A stretch of 64,000 nucleotides of DNA from the NCBI GenBank assembly GCA_014360645.1, contig JACIXD010000016.1, positions 12,395 through 76,394 of the forward strand. The letters are read 5' to 3'. How positions within the stretch are numbered: the first letter of the stretch is position 1; every line of letters begins with the position of its first letter. Under the pieces are notes generated by a model. That model had not been told where the DNA came from and searched no databases. It saw only the letters and a program-made list of their open reading frames with translations. The translations under genes were made by a program, and so were the position numbers. This DNA is from Actinomycetota bacterium. Its GTDB lineage: Bacteria > Actinomycetota > Geothermincolia > Geothermincolales > RBG-13-55-18. Shown piece by piece: positions 57,307 through 64,000 of this stretch.

Positions 57307-57804
57307 CTATTCCACCTCGAAGAACTGGTCCTCGGGCGCGCCGCAGATGGGACACTTCTCGGGGATGACGTCGTCGGCCACGTACCCGCACACGCCGCAC
57401 ACGTAGTAATTCGGGATGCGGTCGGCGACCATGTGCTGCAGGGCGCCCTCGTAGAGCTTGGCGTGCCTCTCCTCCACGTCCCGCGCGTAGGCGAACATGG
57501 TGGCGGCCGCCTTCTCGCCCTCCGCCTCCGCCTCGGCGATGAAGGAGTCGTAGCCCACGGCGGCTATCTTCTGCTCGCTGGCCAGGGCCTCCTCCAGGTT
57601 GGTCTCGGTGTCCTTGATCTCCCGCAGCAGGCGCAGGTTGTTGAAGGCATGCACGGCCTCCGATTCCGCCACGGCGCGGAAGAGCTTGGCCACGCCCTCG
57701 TATTCCTCCTCCTCCGCTTTTTTCGCGAAGGCCTTTAGCCTGACCACCGCCTTGGACTCGCCGGTGTAGGCATCGTATAGGTTCTGTCTCGTCTTCTCTC
57801 CCAT
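57307..57804 (-). CDS. Rubrerythrin
   Basis: GES.A, ESEAVHA, EERHA, CGVCGY...CPICG. Confidence 0.92.
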   Translation of the reverse strand: MGEKTRQNLYDAYTGESKAVVRLKAFAKKAEEEEYEGVAKLFRAVAESEAVHAFNNLRLLREIKDTETNLEEALASEQKIAAVGYDSFIAEAEAEGEKAAATMFAYARDVEERHAKLYEGALQHMVADRIPNYYVCGVCGYVADDVIPEKCPICGAPEDQFFEVE

Positions 57805-57999
57805 ATCGCCCCCTTCATCTCCGGGCCGCGGCGCATGCCGCGGCGATCGACGTCTTGGTTCCGCACAGACTCCTTCTCCCGGATCACCTATAGATTACCA
57901 GCACTCTCCGGCACGCGCACGCTGCCCTGCCCCGTTTCGGGCGACTCGAGGCCCGCCCGTGACCGGGCGCCGGGAAAACGCGAGAGCTGGCCGTGTCCC

Positions 58000-58230
58000 T
58001 CATCCCTTTTTTCGCACGAATACGTGGTATTCGCCTTCCCGCTCCTCGATGCCCAGGAACTCGTGGCCGGTCTTTTCGCACCACGCGGGCATGTCGCTCT
58101 TTATGCCCCTGTCGTCGGCGATCACCTCCAGGATCTCCCCTTCCCGCAGCTCCTTTATCTCCTGGGAGGTCTTGACGATGGGCATGGGGCAGTAAAGGCC
58201 CACGCAGTCAAGGGTCCTGTCCGCCTTCAT
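58000..58230 (-). CDS. TusA-family sulfurtransferase
   Basis: LDCVGLYCPMP. Confidence 0.92.
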   Translation of the reverse strand: MKADRTLDCVGLYCPMPIVKTSQEIKELREGEILEVIADDRGIKSDMPAWCEKTGHEFLGIEEREGEYHVFVRKKG

Positions 58231-58451
58231 GTCCGCACCTCCTCTCCGCCGTCCTCACATCTCCGGTCTCTGCCTCTTACTGAAACGCCCGGCGGTACCG
58301 GAAAAAACGGCTCGGTGGGAGGCGGCCCCCACCTTTTCCCGCGCCGTCCTCCCGGCCCGTCGGCGGCGGCCCGCCCGCCGCCGCGACCGGGGTTCCGCGT
58401 CCGCGTGCCCGGAACGGCGTGCGCCGCGTGTGAGACCCGGAACCCCGCCTC

Positions 58452-58937
58452 CTAGATGAAGAGGTTTATCTTCGACCCCGCGGCCTTCTCCACGTAGGTG
58501 GCGGCGCCGGCGAACTCCTCCACCTCGGGGATGAAGTCCCCCTCCTCCAGCCCCATGAGGGCCATGGAGGTGGTGCAGGCGATGAAGCGCACCCCCAGCT
58601 CCCTGGCCATGGAGATCATCTCCTCCAGGGAGGGCATGCGGTACTTCTTCATCAACGACTTCATCGCTGCCCTGCCGCCCCCCAGCATGTCCAGGCGCGA
58701 CAGCCTGAGGCGTCGGGCGCCGCCCCGGTTCATCAGCCCCAGCATCCTCTGCAGAGGGCTCCTGCCGCTTCCTCCGGCTCTCTCCCTGGCCACCACGTTG
58801 AGCCCCCAGAAGGTGAAGAACATGGTCACCTCCATTCCCATGGAGGCCGCGGTGGTGGCGATGTTGAAGGCCGCCAGGGCGCGGTCGAGCTCGCCGCTGA
58901 AGACCACTATGGTCGCGCGCTCTCTTTCCTCTCCCAT
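58452..58937 (-). CDS. DsrE/DrsH-like sulfur-relay protein
   Basis: VFSGELD, MFFTFWGL, IACTTSM. Confidence 0.9.
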   Translation of the reverse strand: MGEERERATIVVFSGELDRALAAFNIATTAASMGMEVTMFFTFWGLNVVARERAGGSGRSPLQRMLGLMNRGGARRLRLSRLDMLGGGRAAMKSLMKKYRMPSLEEMISMARELGVRFIACTTSMALMGLEEGDFIPEVEEFAGAATYVEKAAGSKINLFI

Positions 58938-58958
58938 CTCCTCTGTGCCTCCTCGAGG

Positions 58959-59147
58959 TCAGGGTTTTCCCCCGCAGGAGGGGCAACTTTCGGCCCCCTC
59001 CCTCACCGAGGCTCCGCAGCTCCCGCAGGTCACGATGACCACCTCGCAGGGCACGCATGCCTGCGGCATATCGGCACAGAGCGCCGTCTCCTCGTCGCAG
59101 TACGGGCAGTTGCAGGAACCCTCGCTCCGCTTCTCCTCTTCCTTCAT
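58959..59147 (-). CDS. Small Cys-rich zinc-ribbon protein
   Basis: CPYC, CVPC, CGSC, CPSC; translationally coupled to iscU. Confidence 0.75.
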   Translation of the reverse strand: MKEEEKRSEGSCNCPYCDEETALCADMPQACVPCEVVIVTCGSCGASVREGAESCPSCGGKP

Positions 59148-59536
59148 CGCTCCCCACCCCTTCCCTTTCTATCCAGGTAGTCCTCGATGGCCTTGTGAAG
59201 CGCGTCCGCACCCAGGTTGGAACAGTGCATCTTCTGCTTGGGGAGTCCTCCCAGCTCCTTAGCCACATCGTCCCGGGTGATCTCAAGGGCTTCCTCCACC
59301 GTCTTTCCCTTGGCCATCTCGCTCACCATGCTGGAGACGGCGATGGCCGCCCCACAGCCGAAGGTCTTGAACTTCACGTCCTCAAGTCGCCCGTCCTCTC
59401 CGACCTTGATATAGAAGGTCATCATGTCCCCGCATACGGGGTTGCCCACTTCCCCCACGCCGTCGGCGTCCTCGATCTCGCCCACGTTGCGGGGGTTGGT
59501 GAAGTGGTCCATGACCACGTCGCTGTATTGCGCCAT
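59144..59536 (-). CDS. iscU: Fe-S scaffold IscU/NifU-N
   Basis: DHFTNPRNVG, GNPVCGD, FGCGAAIA, KMHCS. Confidence 0.95.
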   Translation of the reverse strand: MAQYSDVVMDHFTNPRNVGEIEDADGVGEVGNPVCGDMMTFYIKVGEDGRLEDVKFKTFGCGAAIAVSSMVSEMAKGKTVEEALEITRDDVAKELGGLPKQKMHCSNLGADALHKAIEDYLDRKGRGGER

Positions 59537-59541
59537 GTCCC

Positions 59542-60720
59542 TTACCCCCTTTCCTTGATGTACCTGGCATAAAGCGGCGACATCTGCCGCAGCCTCTCCA
59601 CGATGGGAGGAAAGACCTCCAGCACGTGATCCACGTCCTCCATGGTGTTCTGGAGGCCGAAGCTGAAGAGTATGGACCCTTGGGCCCGCTCCGCGGGTAT
59701 GCCGCAAGCGGCGAGCACGTGGGAGCCCTTGAGGGCGCGGGAGGTGCAGGCGGAGCCGCTGGACACCGCCACGCCCTTCTGGTCCAGGAAGAGGAGCATC
59801 CCCTCGCCCTCGATGAACTCCACCGCGAAGCTGGCGTTCCAGGCCAGCCGCTCGGTGGGATGTCCCGTGAGGTAGAGGTGGTCTATCCTCTCCGGCAGGG
59901 CGGAGATGAGGGCGTCGCGCAGGGACGAAAGATGCGCGCTCCTCTCCGCCATATCCCGTTTCGCGGCCTCCGCCGCCACCCCCATGCCCACGATGGCCGC
60001 CACGTTCTCCGTGCCTCCCCGGCGGCCTCCTTCCTGTACCCCGCCGTCTAACAGGGGGATGAGGCGTAGCCCCCGTTTCACCCACAGCGCCCCCGCTCCC
60101 TGGGGGCCGTACAGGAGATCGGAGGCGACGGTCAGGGCGGAGACCCCCAGCCCCTTCACGTCTAAGGGCAGGGTGCCCGCCGCGGCCACCGCGTCGGTGT
60201 GGAAGGGCACCTCCTTCTCGGCGGCGATGCGGGCGGCAGCGGCGATGGGCTGGATGGTACCGATCTCGCCGTTGGCCGCCATCACCGAGACCAGCACGGT
60301 GTCGTCTCCGATGGCCACCTCCAGCTCCTCTAGGTCTATCCTGCCCGCGGCGTCCACGGGCACCAGGGTCAGCTCGTAGCCCTGTTTCTCGAGGGACCGG
60401 GCGGCATGCAGCACGGAGAAATGCTCGATGGCCGAGACCACGATATGTCTGCCCTTGCGCCGCGAGCCCGCCGCGATCCCCTTCACCGCCAGGTTGTTGG
60501 CCTCGGTGCCGCTGGAGGTGAAGATGATCTCCTCCGGCTCCGCGCCCAACAGGGCGGCGACCCTTTCCCTCGCCTCCTCGACCGCCTCGCGGGCGGCGTC
60601 CCCGCGGCTGTGCAGCGAGGAGGGGTTGCCGAAACGCTCTCCCAGGAAGGGGAGCATGGCCTCCCGCGCCTCGGGCAGAAGGGGCGTCGCCGCGTAGTTG
60701 TCGAGGTACACCTCCCTCAT
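59542..60720 (-). CDS. iscS: Cysteine desulfurase-like IscS/NifS lacking the PLP lysine
   Basis: YLDN.AAT, GNPSS, FTSSGTEANN, HTDAV, GGTEN, SSGSACTS; HK motif reads DL. Confidence 0.9.
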   Translation of the reverse strand: MREVYLDNYAATPLLPEAREAMLPFLGERFGNPSSLHSRGDAAREAVEEARERVAALLGAEPEEIIFTSSGTEANNLAVKGIAAGSRRKGRHIVVSAIEHFSVLHAARSLEKQGYELTLVPVDAAGRIDLEELEVAIGDDTVLVSVMAANGEIGTIQPIAAAARIAAEKEVPFHTDAVAAAGTLPLDVKGLGVSALTVASDLLYGPQGAGALWVKRGLRLIPLLDGGVQEGGRRGGTENVAAIVGMGVAAEAAKRDMAERSAHLSSLRDALISALPERIDHLYLTGHPTERLAWNASFAVEFIEGEGMLLFLDQKGVAVSSGSACTSRALKGSHVLAACGIPAERAQGSILFSFGLQNTMEDVDHVLEVFPPIVERLRQMSPLYARYIKERG

Positions 60721-60721
60721 C

Positions 60722-62563
60722 TCAACTTCCTCCTCCTTTGACGAAGCGCGCCTGTACGCCCTGTCCAGCGGCGCGCGTTACCCCGTATCCCGCGTGCGCA
60801 CGGGGATGGATCCCCAGCGCCTCCCTTAACGCTTCCGGCGAGACGGCTCGCAGGACGCATCTGTCCCTGGTGCAGAGCTCCGCCTCAGCCTCTATTGTTC
60901 CCGTTCCCCCCTCGGTCATAATCATCGTCCGCGCCCTGGAGGAGAGAGCGGCGGTCGCCAGCAGGGCGTCTCCCGCGGAGGACCCCGTGCCCCTCAGGCG
61001 CACCATCAGGGGTCCCCGCAGGTAGAGGTTGACCGCCAGGGCGAAGGGGGCGGCCAGAAAACCGTAGGCCGGCGCGTCGTCCGCCACGGCCTCGAGAGCC
61101 CGACCGGCCAGCTCGCGCCATTCCTCCCTGCCCCCGCAGGCCCATGCCGCGAGCATGGCGGAGGCGGCGCGCGACTGCGCCGGGAGCTCGGCGGGACGCG
61201 GCTTGAGGCCGGGCAGCTCCCACCCTGGCGCCACGTCCAGGAAGAGGCCGCGTTCCTCCGACCAGTGGCTTCCCGCCATCAGCTCCGCCAGCGTCTCCGC
61301 TCGCTCCATCCACCTGCGTTCGCCGCTGTATCCGTATGCCGCGAGGAACGCCGTCAGGGCTTCCGATGCGTCTTCCAGGAGTCCCCAGCGGTGCGCCCGC
61401 CCCTCCTCGTCCAGATAGTGCGCCATGCCCTCTCCGGCGAGGAAGGCCCGCGACCAGAGGTGTTCCAGGGCGGCCAGGCCGAGGCTCACGTATTCTCCTT
61501 TCCCAAGAAGGGAGCCCGCCTGAAGGAAGGACGCCGCGGCCTGCGCGGCCAGGTCGGTGTACACGGTGCGGTCGACGGGGGGCGCCTCCGCCTTCGCCCT
61601 CCCGGCGGCGGGGAGGAGGTAATACTCCTCGTCTGCGTCCTGGCTGCCGAAGAAACGCGCCTCTCCGTCGCTCAAGGTGCGGTAGATAAAGGCGGCGGTC
61701 TCGGAGGCCGTGAGCCTGAACACCTCCTCGCCCGTCAGGGCGTAGGCCCTGAGCAGCACCCGGATCAGGCCGGCGTTGTCGGCCAGCATCTTCTCGTAAT
61801 GGGGGACGGACCAGTCGCGGGTGGTGGAGTAGCGGAAAAAACCTCCCTCGACCCGGTCCAGGATGTTGCCCCGGATCATGGCCTCCAGGGTGGTGCGCGC
61901 GAACAACAGGTACTCGTCGATGCCCTCGTCGGAGTAGAGATCGAGGGCCAGCTCCAGGGCCTCCACCTGAGGGAACTTGGGCTCCCTGCCCAGCCCCCCG
62001 TGGACTCGGTCCCAGGCGCGCAGCAGGGCGGCCCCCGTCTCCTCCACCAGCGCCAGGTCCAGTCCCGGCCGGCGGACGGCGGCAGTCGGCAGCTCCACAT
62101 CCCTGCCGCCGAGGTCCACCTCGCGGTCGCGGTACAGCTCCGCGATCCTCTGCAGGGCGGCGCGCATGGTCTCGGGAGGGATGTAGGTGGCGCCCGCCAG
62201 GAGGTTTCCCTGCCCGTCCAGGAACGCGGTGGTGGGCCACCCCCCCTGGTTGTAGCGCCGGTTGATGTCGGGGTTGCGGTCGCTGTCCACGCGCACCGGC
62301 ACGTAGAGGCGGTTCACGAGGTCGATCACCGCGGGGTCAGAGTAGGTGGTCTCGTCCATGACATGGCACCAGTGGCACCAGACCGCGGAGATGGAGAGCA
62401 GCACGGGTTTTCCCTCCGCATCTGCCCGCCGGAAGGCCTCCTCGCCCCAGTTCATCCAGTCGATCTCCGCGGCGCGGTTGGGCCGGGGAGAAAACCTGAA
62501 GGGCTCCCTGAGGCCGGGTTCCCTCACGCCCGAAGCATCCTTTCCGCTTTCCATCTCCTTCAC
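60722..62563 (-). CDS. Thioredoxin-domain protein YyaL/DUF255
   Basis: WCHWCHVMD, GGWPTT, GGFFRYST..DW.VPHYEKML. Confidence 0.9.
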   Translation of the reverse strand: MKEMESGKDASGVREPGLREPFRFSPRPNRAAEIDWMNWGEEAFRRADAEGKPVLLSISAVWCHWCHVMDETTYSDPAVIDLVNRLYVPVRVDSDRNPDINRRYNQGGWPTTAFLDGQGNLLAGATYIPPETMRAALQRIAELYRDREVDLGGRDVELPTAAVRRPGLDLALVEETGAALLRAWDRVHGGLGREPKFPQVEALELALDLYSDEGIDEYLLFARTTLEAMIRGNILDRVEGGFFRYSTTRDWSVPHYEKMLADNAGLIRVLLRAYALTGEEVFRLTASETAAFIYRTLSDGEARFFGSQDADEEYYLLPAAGRAKAEAPPVDRTVYTDLAAQAAASFLQAGSLLGKGEYVSLGLAALEHLWSRAFLAGEGMAHYLDEEGRAHRWGLLEDASEALTAFLAAYGYSGERRWMERAETLAELMAGSHWSEERGLFLDVAPGWELPGLKPRPAELPAQSRAASAMLAAWACGGREEWRELAGRALEAVADDAPAYGFLAAPFALAVNLYLRGPLMVRLRGTGSSAGDALLATAALSSRARTMIMTEGGTGTIEAEAELCTRDRCVLRAVSPEALREALGIHPRAHAGYGVTRAAGQGVQARFVKGGGS

Positions 62564-62673
62564 CTTCCTTTCGAGCCGGGAGCTTCCTTCTCCCTCCGTC
62601 GCCTGACAGTTCCCGGTTCAAATACGTGAGGGGCGGGTGTTCCGCCCCTCACCGCCTTTCAGGCCTGGATGAA

Positions 62674-62817
62674 CTAGTTCTTCTTGCCGCGCTTTACCTG
62701 AGCCGCTATCTTCTCGCCTTTCCGCATCTGCTTTTCCATGGTCACGCAAGGATACTTGGAATCCGCGCAGTGGGGGCAGCAGAGGCCTCCCCTTTCCGTC
62801 GTTTCTTTTTTAGCCAT
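62674..62817 (-). CDS. 47-aa Cys-containing small protein (not in the ORF track)
   Basis: SD AAGGAGG; MAKKETTERGGLCCPHCADSKYPCVTMEKQMRKGEKIAAQVKRGKKN*. Confidence 0.7.
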   Translation of the reverse strand: MAKKETTERGGLCCPHCADSKYPCVTMEKQMRKGEKIAAQVKRGKKN

Positions 62818-62855
62818 TTATCCTCCTTTTTATGCTCGCTTCGCCTTCCGACACG

Positions 62856-62921
62856 ACTATAGCCCGCCCCGCGGGGAAAGCAAATGACCTATATCAAGAC
62901 CGGGATCATGACCCGCATCAT
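62856..62921 (-). promoter_or_regulatory. Class II Crp/Fnr-type promoter
   Basis: Minus-strand TTGAT-ATAG-GTCAT (62884-62897) centred about -41.5 given -10 TATAGT at 62856-62861; second box at 62908-62921. Confidence 0.6.
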
Positions 62922-62990
62922 GGCCGCCGGAGCCGCTTTCCTCCGGGGAGGAGGCGTTTTTACATCGCCACGCGGCGTCGCCGGCTTCCG

Positions 62991-63668
62991 TCAGATCCCG
63001 TCGAAGTAGGCGAGGAGGGCCTCCTTGTCCCTTACCACCAGCAGCTTGCCGTCGCTGGCCATGATGCCTTCCTTCTTCAGGCGGCTCATGATGCGGGAGA
63101 CCGTCTCCTCGGTGGAACCCACCAGGCCGGCGATGTCCCGGTTGGTGAGGGGGGTGTCGATGACCAGGCCGCACTTGTCGCTGATCCCGATCTCGTCCAC
63201 CATCTTCAGCAGCACGCAGGCGATGCGCTTCTCCACTTTTTCCCCCGCGATGCAGCGTTCCTTGTAGTAGGCCTGGTCCAGTTTCTCCACCACCAGCCTC
63301 ATGAGGTGCAGGGCGAAGAGCTGGTCGCGGGAGACCAGCCACTGCAGGTCGTCCCAGCTTATCCTCCAGGTGCGTGCAGGCTCGCGGGCCACGGCGGAAT
63401 AGGAGTAGATGCCGTCTTCGTGGAGGGCGCCCTCCCCGAATACGCCGCCGGGGTATAGGAAGCCGAGGATGAAGAGCTTCCCGTCCCCGTGCACGATGTT
63501 GGCCTCCACCGTGCCCTCTTCAACCAGGTAGAGGTGGGTGGCCTCCTCCTGGTCTATGAAGATGTACTGCTCGCGCTCGTGCCTCTCCGGCCGGAAGAGC
63601 TCGCGCGCTTCCTCGCGCAGCCCCTCCTCGAGATGGTTGAGGAACTCCCGCAAGTGGTGGTCCTCCAA
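62991..63668 (-). CDS. Crp/Fnr-family transcriptional regulator
   Basis: TTG start after GAGGAGG; PGGVFGE; LTNRDIAGLVGSTEETVSR HTH. Confidence 0.9.
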   Translation of the reverse strand: MEDHHLREFLNHLEEGLREEARELFRPERHEREQYIFIDQEEATHLYLVEEGTVEANIVHGDGKLFILGFLYPGGVFGEGALHEDGIYSYSAVAREPARTWRISWDDLQWLVSRDQLFALHLMRLVVEKLDQAYYKERCIAGEKVEKRIACVLLKMVDEIGISDKCGLVIDTPLTNRDIAGLVGSTEETVSRIMSRLKKEGIMASDGKLLVVRDKEALLAYFDGI

Positions 63669-63781
63669 GCTCGCCTCCTCGTTCGAAGGTATGTTTCGCG
63701 GCCTTTCGATTATAGCAACTGGGGAACGGAAAGAGCATGGCCTCCGTTTCGGGGACGTGGTCCTGTGGTGAGCGGGCCTCC

Positions 63782-64000
63782 TCATTCCCGGACATGGATG
63801 CCCTTGATGAGGTCGATGCGCGTGACCACCCCCACGACCTTACCCTCCTCGTCCACCACCGCCAGGAAACGGGTCTGGTCGGAGAACATCTTCATGATCG
63901 CGGCTTGGATGGTCGCCTTCGGGTCGATGGTCAGCGGGGGAGCGAACATGATGTCCTCCACCGTGCGGTAGGTGGGGGAGGCGGGGTCCCTGCGCGCGAA
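63782..64000 (-). CDS. CBS-domain protein (5' truncated by window)
   Basis: TVEDIM...LAVVDEEGKVVGVVTRIDL. Confidence 0.85.
   Translation of the reverse strand, partial: FARRDPASPTYRTVEDIMFAPPLTIDPKATIQAAIMKMFSDQTRFLAVVDEEGKVVGVVTRIDLIKGIHVRE

Noticed and set aside
1-64000. UGA-readthrough selenoprotein genes explaining the odd tRNA
   Set aside because: I saw no in-frame TGA splitting a recognisable gene; the many Arg/Gly/Pro-rich overlapping ORFs are high-GC shadow frames

Overview
High-GC bacterial chromosome window, probably an anaerobic actinobacterium of the Ca. Geothermincolia/Solincola type (inferred from GC content, the repeated 'WYFAEG' surface domains, and W-AOR/corrinoid metabolism). 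The first ~13 kb is an accessory zone organised around a REP-associated tyrosine transposase (RAYT, HUH family). It carries about 30 copies of a 24-bp GGGGTC-ended repeat, arranged as inverted REPIN/MITE-like doublets. These bracket an AvcD-like anti-phage kinase-dCTP deaminase with a zinc-ribbon partner, a DUF1670 fragment and an acyl-CoA synthetase, and they also abut or truncate host genes. A second GGGGTC-ended family lies at ~19.7-20 kb and ~31.3-31.6 kb. At 15.17-15.26 kb is a tRNA-Sec-shaped tRNA with a Cys (GCA) anticodon and U discriminator (selC*-like), followed by a 73-bp x ~7.3 tandem array. The rest is mostly core genome: lipid/alcohol catabolism (thiolase/DUF35 pairs, SCP2, AOR, ADH, acyl-CoA dehydrogenases with a LiuR-like regulator and operator), a corrinoid methyltransferase pair, large surface proteins, a GK5-like kinase and dTDP-sugar genes. 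It ends with a probably Fnr-regulated yyaL-iscS-iscU-dsrE-tusA cluster whose IscS lacks the PLP lysine. All calls come from reading the sequence; no database searches were run.
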